The position numbers and the translations under genes were made by a program. A DNA stretch of 64,000 bases from an uncultured virus (IMG/VR IMGVR_UViG_3300042868_008532) (taxonomy: Duplodnaviria > Heunggongvirae > Uroviricota > Caudoviricetes), in IMG/VR virus record IMGVR_UViG_3300042868_008532, positions 1-64,000 of that record; one strand, given 5' to 3'. The notes under the pieces are model-generated. The model had not been told where the DNA came from. It saw only the letters and a program-made list of their open reading frames with translations, and made no database searches. Positions 1 to 9,222 of this stretch are shown piece by piece (position 1 is the stretch's first letter; each line of letters opens with the position of its first letter).

Positions 1-87
1 TACTACATTATCAACATCAGGGGTAAAGATTATATTAGCAATCTCCCCGTCGTAATTTATACTATTAATTGTTATTGATTGTGACAT
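1..87 (-). CDS. Partial CDS running off the window start (MSQSITINSINYDGEIANIIFTPDVDNVV...), probable virion protein
   Basis: ATG at 87-85 on the minus strand, open to the window edge, directly downstream of the 105..2330 gene. Confidence 0.6.
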   Translation of the reverse strand, partial: MSQSITINSINYDGEIANIIFTPDVDNVV

Positions 88-104
88 ATTAAATTACTTA
101 TTGA

Positions 105-2330
105 TTATATTATTGTTGTTGTAACAGGAATTGTCGTTGTTGTTGTGGTTGAAATATTCCCTATTGTGTATGTGAAATCATCCGGAGGACAAATTTCAGT
201 ACTACAATCAGGACAATCAGGGTTAAACATTCTAAACGTATTTTTCAATATATTAAAATTGTGTTTAACTTCCGGAGCCGATAATGGTGTTACATACATT
301 CTAAATTGAGAAATACCCCCTTCAAATGTTCCTGCGAAATTTTGTTCAATAACAATATTTGTATTCATTCCATTAAATGTAGTTCCCGTTAAATCATTAA
401 CAGGAAAACATTCAGGGTCTTGTTGATATGGTCCATAAGGTAATGTACAAGATGAAAATGTTAAATTTTCTCTCAATCCTTGAGTCCCTCCACCCCATGA
501 TATATTAAATGGAACACCAACTTGTTTTTCTTTATCCGTACTTAAAGCTCTTGGAATAATTTCTTCAAAATCTTCAATCGTGTAAAATATTTTACCATTG
601 ATATAAATTTTTAATCTTCCTCTTCTATATTTTTTTTCATCTAACCATCTTTCGTTTAAATTAACTAATTCAATTTTTGATGGTTCAATACCGTCAGGTT
701 GTGTATAAGGTACTGTAATTAATGATATTGAATTATGTGCCAATGACTCCAAATATTTCTCTTGAGTTATAATCCCCAAACCACCACGATACCATAAATC
801 GCAATCATCTAACCAAGTGTATCTTTCCCATACAGCATCTAATTGAAACCAGTGTTCTTCTTCTAACCAAGCCGGGTTATCAACTAAACAAGTTGGGTAA
901 ATTCCACCAGGAGAACAATATTCTGTTACCGTATACCCTGTAGTATATGTAATTCCACTAGTTGAACAACTTCCACTAGTTTCACACCCTCCTGTAAATC
1001 TTAAAACTTTAACACCTATCTGAGGATTTTTAGGGTCTCCACATAATTTAAACGATAATGCGTTTGACATCGCATCATATAATGGATTTGTCTCACACGT
1101 ATACTCTATTGACGTAAACCCTGTTGGTTTACAGGTTAAACAATTTCCAAAATCATAACATGTTGAACAACTATAACAAGTGTTAGTACACACAGGCGTT
1201 ACAGAGTCACAATTTGTTGGTGTTGATGTTGGACTCGGAGTAGGTGTAGGTGTAGGTTCTATAATTGAACCACAAGTATGAGTTTGACATTCCCAACCAC
1301 AAGTTTCACATGGACCTAAATTACAATCACAACCACAGGTTATTTTTTGTTGAGGGTTACCGTTACACTCATCACAACCATAATTAACGTGTGGGTCATG
1401 AATATTATCTAAAGACCTTGGCGGATATACGTAGATACATCGACTATTAGTTATTGTTCTATTACAACACGCACAAGTTTGAATACAATTATATAAATCT
1501 GAAGTTACACGAGTATATCCTGTAAAACAATTAGGGTGACCATCGGCATGATGATAAAATTTATTTTCAGCTCTTGCCCCTAAATAAAAAAATATGTTTT
1601 TATTCTGAGGATAAATCTCGTTTAATGTTGTTTCATCTGATGATGGTGCGTATTCGTTGTATAATCTTGGTTTTAATAACATTTCAACAGACCATCCTCT
1701 GTTCATTCTTTCGGGAAATATTTCATAGTCATACCCAAATAACTTATAGAAACCTTGATAAAAACCTCCATATAATTCATGGTATCTACCTTCATAAGGA
1801 CTATACTTACTTACAACTTCATATAAAACAGTTTTATTAAATCCTGAAAATCTAACATTAGGTGATTGAGTATTACCTGTAACTTGGAATAATTTTAATC
1901 TTCTATCAAAATGTAATCTATCAAATTTTAAATAATCTGAAAATATTCCTTCTGTAAAAGTTATAGTTTCTCCGGTCATTTTGGTCACTAAACCATTATC
2001 AATTCCTGTTAACCCTATATCACAAGATGTGTGAGAATTAAAACAAGTTATATCCAATTCTTTAGGGTTATAATAATTTTGAGAAACAAAAATATTGTTT
2101 TGATTATAACTTTTATAATTTAATGTTAAATCTTGAACACAAGAAGGGTTATCAATGTCAAAATAAAATGGTAATCTATTACCATAGGTCTGAGCAATCA
2201 AATATGGGGAGAACACAACCTCTTGATTGTAGTCTCTTTCATCGGATGTTATAGACATATCATAGGATTCTAAAGCAAAATTTAGACCCCAATTTGGATA
2301 GACGTATTGATTTATATTTTGTTGTGCCAT
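105..2330 (-). CDS. Large putative virion/tail protein with Cys-rich region, Pro-Thr linker and C-terminal LamG/concanavalin-like domain
   Basis: 741 aa; many CxxC/CxC motifs; PTPTPTPSPT linker; C-terminal FEGGISQFRMYVTPLSAPEVKHNF resembles LamG-like jelly-roll ends. Confidence 0.55.
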   Translation of the reverse strand: MAQQNINQYVYPNWGLNFALESYDMSITSDERDYNQEVVFSPYLIAQTYGNRLPFYFDIDNPSCVQDLTLNYKSYNQNNIFVSQNYYNPKELDITCFNSHTSCDIGLTGIDNGLVTKMTGETITFTEGIFSDYLKFDRLHFDRRLKLFQVTGNTQSPNVRFSGFNKTVLYEVVSKYSPYEGRYHELYGGFYQGFYKLFGYDYEIFPERMNRGWSVEMLLKPRLYNEYAPSSDETTLNEIYPQNKNIFFYLGARAENKFYHHADGHPNCFTGYTRVTSDLYNCIQTCACCNRTITNSRCIYVYPPRSLDNIHDPHVNYGCDECNGNPQQKITCGCDCNLGPCETCGWECQTHTCGSIIEPTPTPTPSPTSTPTNCDSVTPVCTNTCYSCSTCYDFGNCLTCKPTGFTSIEYTCETNPLYDAMSNALSFKLCGDPKNPQIGVKVLRFTGGCETSGSCSTSGITYTTGYTVTEYCSPGGIYPTCLVDNPAWLEEEHWFQLDAVWERYTWLDDCDLWYRGGLGIITQEKYLESLAHNSISLITVPYTQPDGIEPSKIELVNLNERWLDEKKYRRGRLKIYINGKIFYTIEDFEEIIPRALSTDKEKQVGVPFNISWGGGTQGLRENLTFSSCTLPYGPYQQDPECFPVNDLTGTTFNGMNTNIVIEQNFAGTFEGGISQFRMYVTPLSAPEVKHNFNILKNTFRMFNPDCPDCSTEICPPDDFTYTIGNISTTTTTTIPVTTTII

Positions 2331-2380
2331 CTTTTTTATGATAAATACATTAAAACGAAGTATTTATATGAAAAAGTTAT

Positions 2381-3238
2381 ATGATAAATTTTAATACAGA
2401 GTACTATAGTAATAATTATTACTTCTTTTTAAAAGAAAGAGAGGACAAAATATCCTTATATTATTCTATTGCGGATACTTTAACTGAATCTAGAAAGAAT
2501 GATGAGAGAATTGATTTCGATAAAAAAGATTCTAAAAAAATTAAAAATATTGTTGGGAATGTTTTAAAATCTAAAACAAAAGTTTCTAAAAACGCGTTAA
2601 CTAAAAAGTTAAAAAGTATTAAACCTAAAAAAGAAATTGATGAATTAGTTGATTCTGATGGCTCAATGTTAAGTTCAAAAATACCATTTCTTAATCAAAC
2701 ATTAACACCTCATAAAACTACCGACCAAACAGTTGCAATGGCAAGAATTACAAATGACCCTGTTACTAGAGGTTATAGAGTTTATTATGGTGAGAGTAAA
2801 GAAAAGTCTGATGAAGTTATTAATGAGGTAGATTATTCGGAAGCGTTTGGATATGAGGAAACAAAAGATATGGATTTTGATGATACCGTTAAAACTCTTG
2901 AAGAGATGGGTGTGGAAAACGCTATTGAACGAGCAAAACAATTTGGAAAGTTACCAAAAGAAGAAATTGAAAATGGTGAACTAAGACAGAGATTATCAGA
3001 AAAGGATAGTATTGAGGAACAACAAAAACAAAAAATGATTAAAATGGTTGAGGATATGTTAACCAAAAAATCTAAATCATCTGATGTTGTTAACAAGTCT
3101 TCAGGAAATTCTGACGTTATTAAAAATAAAGGTGTAAGTAAAATATTATTAAAAAATATTGAGTCAATTAAAAAAATTGCAGATAAAGAAGGAATTAGTA
3201 TTAATATGTTAATCAAAGCTTTGAAATCTAATGAATAA
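2381..3238 (+). CDS. Hypothetical phage protein
   Basis: 285-aa ORF preceded by TATTTATA motif at 2361. Confidence 0.7.
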   Translation: MINFNTEYYSNNYYFFLKEREDKISLYYSIADTLTESRKNDERIDFDKKDSKKIKNIVGNVLKSKTKVSKNALTKKLKSIKPKKEIDELVDSDGSMLSSKIPFLNQTLTPHKTTDQTVAMARITNDPVTRGYRVYYGESKEKSDEVINEVDYSEAFGYEETKDMDFDDTVKTLEEMGVENAIERAKQFGKLPKEEIENGELRQRLSEKDSIEEQQKQKMIKMVEDMLTKKSKSSDVVNKSSGNSDVIKNKGVSKILLKNIESIKKIADKEGISINMLIKALKSNE

Positions 3239-3701
3239 AGATTTATACGGAAATACCGTTCAACTACCTGAAGATGTTGTAGAATATTTACAACAATGTT
3301 TTGATTCCGCAAATACGGATGACACAACCATTGAAGGTCACAAAAGAAATCAAGAATTAAGAGATAGTCGTGAAGTTACTTACCAACAATTAAAACGAAT
3401 GAAAAATTGGTTTGATAATTTTAATGGACTTGAGAACGATTTACCATTTATCTTAAACGGTGGTCATTATGTTAAGAATTGGGTTAACGATACTTTAGGG
3501 GGGATGAGAGACAATGTTTATCTTGGTAAGAAAGCAAAAGCAGAAGTATTACCAAATCAATTCATACAAACACACACGAAAGATAATTTAAATAATATGA
3601 ATAGGTCAAGTAAAAACCATAATTCAACTGTTGGAGATATTAATAAAAATATCACAGAAAATTTAAAAAGAATAAACGAATTAATAAAAAAAATAATTTA
3701 A
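3231..3701 (+). CDS. Hypothetical phage protein
   Basis: 156-aa ORF overlapping the upstream gene. Confidence 0.7.
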   Translation: MNKDLYGNTVQLPEDVVEYLQQCFDSANTDDTTIEGHKRNQELRDSREVTYQQLKRMKNWFDNFNGLENDLPFILNGGHYVKNWVNDTLGGMRDNVYLGKKAKAEVLPNQFIQTHTKDNLNNMNRSSKNHNSTVGDINKNITENLKRINELIKKII

Positions 3702-3702
3702 C

Positions 3703-3996
3703 ATGGCAAATTTAGAACCTTTAGATTTCGCACAACCTGAAAACGAATTATCTGCAATTGCGGATATGCAAAGAAAAATGTTATTTCCTAAAAATGACTT
3801 TAAAATTACTAATCAATACTCATCCGTTAATCCTGATGCTTTAGCAGATGGAGATACTCAAGGTAAAGGTACAGGAGGGTTTTTAGATGTTTACAATCAA
3901 AATGCGGGAGCAATTCAAGACATTATGGAAAGAAAGTCTGAACTAGTTGTTAACGAATACAAAGAAGACAAACCATACACGACACCAAGTGCATAA
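3703..3996 (+). CDS. Hypothetical phage protein
   Basis: 97-aa ORF in tight operon; TAATG overlap with the next gene. Confidence 0.7.
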   Translation: MANLEPLDFAQPENELSAIADMQRKMLFPKNDFKITNQYSSVNPDALADGDTQGKGTGGFLDVYNQNAGAIQDIMERKSELVVNEYKEDKPYTTPSA

Positions 3997-4679
3997 TGAA
4001 ACTTTACAACACATTTAAATCACTTATTTTAGAAATAGCGTCTGTTGACTCTATAGTCGACGCTATAAAAAAACGAGATAAGATTATAATTTACTATGAT
4101 GGTGATGAACCAGGTGGTCGAGGATTACGTTTAATCGAGCCCGTTTGTTTTGGTTATTCAAAAGCGGATAACCCTGTTGTTAGAGCATGGGACTCACAAG
4201 GAGCTTCACACACTGCGTATTTAGGTGAACAACCATTACCAGGATGGAGACTTTTTAGAGCCGATAAAATATTTTCTTTCAAACCAACAGGAGAAACATT
4301 TAACGAGGCAAAACCAAACTATAATCCTAATGGGGATAAAAGTATGAATCGAGTTATTATTAACGCAGATTTTTCTGAAGTAACCCCACAAACACCGGAA
4401 ACGCCAGCCCCTGAAACAGAAACTGAAGTTGCGGTCGATGATGTAATTAACGATGTAATTATTACTACCGTTAATGATATGATTAATAGTATTATAGAAA
4501 AAGATGGTGTTGATTCGTTAGAGGGTGTTGATTTATCAAAAGCCGCTGAATCATATAAAAGAATATATTCAGGCATTGAGGGTAAAATTCGTAGAAACTT
4601 ATCCAATCAAGAAAAGAATGATTTAAGACCAAAAGTTTCAGAACTAATAAAACAATCTCAAAGTTTAATTAAAAAATAA
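3996..4679 (+). CDS. WYL-like domain protein
   Basis: R.IEP..G.......VRAW.......WRLFR.DKI pattern typical of the WYL fold; no HTH seen. Confidence 0.6.
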   Translation: MKLYNTFKSLILEIASVDSIVDAIKKRDKIIIYYDGDEPGGRGLRLIEPVCFGYSKADNPVVRAWDSQGASHTAYLGEQPLPGWRLFRADKIFSFKPTGETFNEAKPNYNPNGDKSMNRVIINADFSEVTPQTPETPAPETETEVAVDDVINDVIITTVNDMINSIIEKDGVDSLEGVDLSKAAESYKRIYSGIEGKIRRNLSNQEKNDLRPKVSELIKQSQSLIKK

Positions 4680-4680
4680 T

Positions 4681-5274
4681 ATGACAAACGAAAATGATTT
4701 AATTCAAAAACTTATGATTTCCAAACAGATAATGGAAAAACATAATCAAACACCAAGAGGTGGTATGCCATCGATGGATTCGTATAACACTCCAGAAGTC
4801 GCAACTTATAACGCTCCTCCCGCAACATATAATTTACCTCAAGATATGTTACAAGAAGCTTCGGTACCTGTACAACAAGTTAATCAACCAATGACTCAAG
4901 ATAGAGTTATGGCATCAAAATTACCGGATGAAATTAAAAGATTAATGATTGAACATCCAATTTCACAACCTGCTGGTATGGGAGGTCCAACATTATCTAA
5001 TGATTTAATCGATAAAGCGGCAAGATTAATGAATACTGATGCTCGAGGTAATCAAGTTAATCAGGTAAAACAAAAAGTTCAAGAACAATCACAACCACAA
5101 CCTAGTTTTAATAATAAACAATTAAGAGACATGTTAAAAGAAGTTGTTGAGGAAGTTTTGCAAGAAAATGGTATTTTAGCCGAATCAACACAAAAATCAA
5201 ATGAAGTGTTTTCTTTTAAAGTTGGAAAACATGTGTTTGAAGGTAAAGTAACCAAAATAAAAAAAATGTCTTAA
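4681..5274 (+). CDS. Hypothetical phage protein
   Basis: 197-aa ORF followed by a terminator. Confidence 0.7.
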   Translation: MTNENDLIQKLMISKQIMEKHNQTPRGGMPSMDSYNTPEVATYNAPPATYNLPQDMLQEASVPVQQVNQPMTQDRVMASKLPDEIKRLMIEHPISQPAGMGGPTLSNDLIDKAARLMNTDARGNQVNQVKQKVQEQSQPQPSFNNKQLRDMLKEVVEEVLQENGILAESTQKSNEVFSFKVGKHVFEGKVTKIKKMS

Positions 5275-5295
5275 ACTTTATTTACTTTAAAATTT

Positions 5296-5326
5296 AAACC
5301 CCCTAAGGAAACTTAAGGGGTTTTTT
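5296..5326 (+). terminator. Rho-independent terminator
   Basis: AAACCCC..TAAG GAAA CTTA..GGGGTTTTTT hairpin plus U tract. Confidence 0.75.
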
Positions 5327-5387
5327 ATTTCTTAATTCTTGATATTATGATACTATTTAATTATATTTTCTGTGATAATATTAAACT

Positions 5388-6608
5388 ATGAAAGAAAAAA
5401 TAAATGTTTTAGTTCTCGCGTCAGATAAAACAGGCGTAGGGAAATTCAGGTCTTTAGACCCACATATTAAGTTACAAAATCTATATCCTGACGATTTCCA
5501 CGTTGATATTGATTATGAACCAAGAATAAATGATATAAAGTATTGGGATAAATACCAAATAATCCATGTGCATCGAAATATTGGTAGTCACTATGACCAA
5601 ACACCATCAATTGTTAAATATTTAAAATCAATTGGTAAAGTGGTTGTTATTGATATTGATGATTATTGGTTACCAACTATTGACCATCCAATACATAGTA
5701 TTATTGTTCAAAATAAAATTCACGAGAAAATTGTCGCAAACTTAAAAGAAGCTGATTGGGTTACAACCACAACTGACATATTCGCCAATGAAATTCGTAA
5801 AATCAATAAAAATGTTTTGGTATTACCAAACGCTATTGACCCTAATGAACAACAATTTAATCAACCAACACCACCGTCAGATAAAATCAGAATTGGTTGG
5901 TTAGGAGGGTCTTCACATTTACACGATTTAAATTTATTAGGTGATTTCGTTCAAAAGAATCAAGACATTAATGATAAATTACAATATGTAATTTGTGGGT
6001 TCGACACAAGAGGTTCTGTAACTGAAATTAATCCACAAACAGGTGAACAAAAGAAAAGAGATATTCTTCCACACGAAACTGTATGGGTTAATTATGAGGG
6101 TATCTTTACAAATAATTACAAAACATTAGATGAAAATTACATTAAATTCTTAAAGGAATTTAAAGAGAATGAATATATTTCAGATAAAGAATTACCATAC
6201 GTTAGAGTTTGGACAAAACCGGTTAATTCTTACGCTATGAATTATTCAAAATTTGATATATCTTTGGCACCGATTAAAAATCACATCTTTAATAGAATGA
6301 AATCTCAATTAAAAGTAATTGAGGCAGGATTCTATAAGAAAGCATTAATTGCGTCTGAAATTGGACCATATACTATAGATTTAAAACATTGTTTAAAAAA
6401 TGGGGTATTCACCGACGAAGGAAATGCGATTTTAATCCCTGAAAGTAGGAACCATAGTGATTGGTCTAAATCAATTAAAAAATTAGTTCAGAATCCTGAA
6501 ATGATAACTGAGTTAGGAGAGAGATTATATAATACCGTAAAAGACAAATATGACCTTAATAAAGTAACGGTTACAAGAGCGGAGTTTTACAAAAGTTTAA
6601 TCAAATAA
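5388..6608 (+). CDS. Glycosyltransferase, GT-B (GT4-like)
   Basis: DIDDYW, IGWLGGSSH, DISLAP..FN..KS.LKVIEAG motifs. Confidence 0.8.
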   Translation: MKEKINVLVLASDKTGVGKFRSLDPHIKLQNLYPDDFHVDIDYEPRINDIKYWDKYQIIHVHRNIGSHYDQTPSIVKYLKSIGKVVVIDIDDYWLPTIDHPIHSIIVQNKIHEKIVANLKEADWVTTTTDIFANEIRKINKNVLVLPNAIDPNEQQFNQPTPPSDKIRIGWLGGSSHLHDLNLLGDFVQKNQDINDKLQYVICGFDTRGSVTEINPQTGEQKKRDILPHETVWVNYEGIFTNNYKTLDENYIKFLKEFKENEYISDKELPYVRVWTKPVNSYAMNYSKFDISLAPIKNHIFNRMKSQLKVIEAGFYKKALIASEIGPYTIDLKHCLKNGVFTDEGNAILIPESRNHSDWSKSIKKLVQNPEMITELGERLYNTVKDKYDLNKVTVTRAEFYKSLIK

Positions 6609-6618
6609 AAAACAAAAA

Positions 6619-7329
6619 ATGATAAAAATACCTTTAACTAAAATATTATTTTTAGATATAGAAACTGTTGGAATTGAAAAAGATTATGACACTTGTTTAG
6701 AAAAGAGACCTGAACTCGCTAAACAATTTGACAAATATTACGATTGGTTTTTAAAACGATTTCCTGAAGATAAGGAAATTGAAGTTAACCAAAAAAATAC
6801 AGTGTTTGCAACAAGAACAGCTTTAGTTCCTGAATTTGCAAAAATTGTTTGTATGAGTGTTGCGTTTGTAATGGATAATGGAGATATAAAAAAAACAACC
6901 TTTTCCGGAGACAACGAAAAAGAGGTATTAAAAGAATGTCAAAAATTATTAGACCGTTGTGGTAAATTAGATTTTTTTCTATGTGGACATAATTTAAAAA
7001 ACTTTGACATTCCAATGACAGCTAAAAGAATGATTATTAATGGATTATTACCCCCATCAATTCTACCTTCTTACGATACAAAGCCGTGGGAAATCAAAGC
7101 TATTGATACTAGAGAAATTTGGCAATATGGTGCTTATACAGCGATTGGGTCATTAGACTTGATGTGTACTTCAATGGAAGTTCCATCACCAAAAGAGGGT
7201 GAAGTTACCGGAGATAAAGTACACGACGCATATTGGAACAAAGATATGTTAGAAGAAATATCTGCATATTGTGAACGTGACGTATTAGTCTTAATTGACA
7301 TAATAAAAAAATTAAAAGAATTAGAATAA
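6619..7329 (+). CDS. 3'-5' exonuclease, DnaQ/PolB-exo-like
   Basis: ExoI FLDIET, ExoII GHNLKNFDIP, ExoIII YCERDV. Confidence 0.85.
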   Translation: MIKIPLTKILFLDIETVGIEKDYDTCLEKRPELAKQFDKYYDWFLKRFPEDKEIEVNQKNTVFATRTALVPEFAKIVCMSVAFVMDNGDIKKTTFSGDNEKEVLKECQKLLDRCGKLDFFLCGHNLKNFDIPMTAKRMIINGLLPPSILPSYDTKPWEIKAIDTREIWQYGAYTAIGSLDLMCTSMEVPSPKEGEVTGDKVHDAYWNKDMLEEISAYCERDVLVLIDIIKKLKELE

Positions 7330-8009
7330 TGTTTAACGAAGATTTAGATTTTTTAAAAAACAAAGCGGAAGAATTAAAAAAATTAGCGAATATTGATTTA
7401 GATGATTTAAGTTATGATGATATAATGAGTGAATTTGGTTTGGATTTAAAACAACTTGAAGAAGATATGTTAAATTCAAAAACAAGATTACCATTAGGAT
7501 TTGTAAAAATTCATCCCGACGCAATAACCCCGAAATATAATTATGATAGTGATTCAGGTTTTGACCTACATTCTGTTGAAGATGTTACCATAGAAGCTTT
7601 CGGTCGAGCGTTAGTTCCTAGCGGACTATCCTTTGATATTAAAGATGGATATGAGATTCAAGTTAGGACTAAAAGTGGTTTAGCCATTAATCAGGGTCTT
7701 ATGGTTTTAAACTCACCTGGAACTGTGGATTGTTTTTCAGAAGATATGAAAATACTAACAATTAAGGGTGAAAAAACGATAAATGAATTAAATCTTAATG
7801 ATGTTATCTTTTCATTTAATGAAAAGACATTAGAAATTGAAAAAGATATTATTACCAACATTTTTAACACGGAAGAACAGGAAATAATTGTTTTTGAAAC
7901 TGACAATGGAATATTAGAGGTTACACCTAATAGTGAAGTTTATACTAAAAGAGGGTTATTGTTGGCTAAAGATGTGAAAGAAAATGATGAGATTATTGTT
8001 TTTTATTAA
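7329..8009 (+). CDS. dut: dUTPase N-terminal part fused to the N-half of a split intein (IntN 7731-8006)
   Basis: dUTPase motifs SGFDL, RTKSGLA, NSPGTVD, then intein block A CFSEDMKILT and block B EVTPNSEVYT..G; ORF ends after 92 intein residues. Confidence 0.9.
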   Translation: MFNEDLDFLKNKAEELKKLANIDLDDLSYDDIMSEFGLDLKQLEEDMLNSKTRLPLGFVKIHPDAITPKYNYDSDSGFDLHSVEDVTIEAFGRALVPSGLSFDIKDGYEIQVRTKSGLAINQGLMVLNSPGTVDCFSEDMKILTIKGEKTINELNLNDVIFSFNEKTLEIEKDIITNIFNTEEQEIIVFETDNGILEVTPNSEVYTKRGLLLAKDVKENDEIIVFY

Positions 8010-8045
8010 CCTGTGTAATATTTATCAATAAAGATAAAGGGTATA

Positions 8046-8930
8046 ATGGTAAAATGTTTAATTTGTGGGGTAGAAAAAAAATGTTCAATTGTTGAACATT
8101 TAAAATTTGTACATCAATTAAAATCTGATGAGTATAAAAAAATGTTCTTTGGTTCAAAAGTTAAATCAGATGACGAACTATTAAAAATGTCGGATAGAGC
8201 CAAAAAAAATTGGAGTAGTCCTGAGTATAAAGAATCTCAAATTAAAATTAGAAAAATTACACATCAAGACCCAATTTTTAAAGAAAAGATGTCTGAAACT
8301 TTAAAGAAAAAACATAAAGAAAATCCGGAGTTATTCACAGGATTTACTCAATGGTCTAAAACTGAGAAATATAAAGAATGGGTTATATCAAAAGAACGAA
8401 CAGATAAAATATCTAAAACTAGTAAAAAAAGATGGGAGAATGACGAATATCGAGAAAAAACCATCAATTCTATTAAGAAATCATTAAATGATGGAAGGTG
8501 TGATAAATCGTTAGAGTTTAGAGAAAAAATGTCAATAATTATTTCAAAATTATATGCAAATGGTACAATATCTAACGAATCAAATAAATATAAAACAGGT
8601 AAATATAATTCAAAAACAAATGAGGTATTTTTATATTCCTCATCATATGAATTGGAATCTATGGTATTATTTGATGATTCCAACAATATAAAAAGTTGGA
8701 CTAATAAACATGGAATTAGAATTAAATATTTTTATAATAATTTAAATAGAAATTATGTTCCCGATTTTTTAGTTGAGTTTATAAATGGAGTTACTTATAT
8801 TATTGAAATGAAAGGATGGAACACTGAAGAGGTTGATATTAAAGAATATTACACAAAAAAAACATACCCTAACTATAAAATATTCTATAGTGTTAACGAA
8901 TTAAAACAATTTATAAATGAAAACAACTAA
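8046..8930 (+). CDS. Free-standing putative homing endonuclease (C2H2 finger, NUMOD3-like repeats, TnsA-like PD-(D/E)XK nuclease)
   Basis: CLIC...HLKFVH; repeated K..MS helical motifs; YSSSYE...YVPDFLVEF...IIEMKG; lies between the two intein halves. Confidence 0.75.
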   Translation: MVKCLICGVEKKCSIVEHLKFVHQLKSDEYKKMFFGSKVKSDDELLKMSDRAKKNWSSPEYKESQIKIRKITHQDPIFKEKMSETLKKKHKENPELFTGFTQWSKTEKYKEWVISKERTDKISKTSKKRWENDEYREKTINSIKKSLNDGRCDKSLEFREKMSIIISKLYANGTISNESNKYKTGKYNSKTNEVFLYSSSYELESMVLFDDSNNIKSWTNKHGIRIKYFYNNLNRNYVPDFLVEFINGVTYIIEMKGWNTEEVDIKEYYTKKTYPNYKIFYSVNELKQFINENN

Positions 8931-9222
8931 AATACTTAAAATTTCAAAAACAAGAAAACAAACTTATGATATTACCGTTGAAAATAATCATAATTTTTTC
9001 TGTAACAATCATTTAATTCATAATTGTGGTTATACCGGAGAAGTTAAAGGAATTATATTTAACACCAATAATCATCCTGTAACAATAACTAAAGGAATGA
9101 AATTTGGTCAAGCGGTGTTGTGTCCCGTTGTAAATGGGGGTTGGGTTCATTTGGACCAAAGAGACAAAGTTACAGATAAAGAAAGAGGTGATAATGGGTT
9201 TGGCTCAACAGGATTAATATGA
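8917..9222 (+). CDS. dut: Split intein C-half (36 aa, 8917-9024) fused to dUTPase C-terminal part
   Basis: Blocks F/G TYDITVENNHNFFCNNHLIHN, then Cys+1; CGYTGEVK, GQAVL and ERGDNGFGSTG complete dUTPase motifs 3-5. Confidence 0.9.
   Translation: MKTTKILKISKTRKQTYDITVENNHNFFCNNHLIHNCGYTGEVKGIIFNTNNHPVTITKGMKFGQAVLCPVVNGGWVHLDQRDKVTDKERGDNGFGSTGLI

Noticed and set aside
8010..8930. Self-splicing intron interrupting dUTPase
   Set aside because: Both flanking ORFs carry clear intein blocks and have their own stop or start; no intron core is visible
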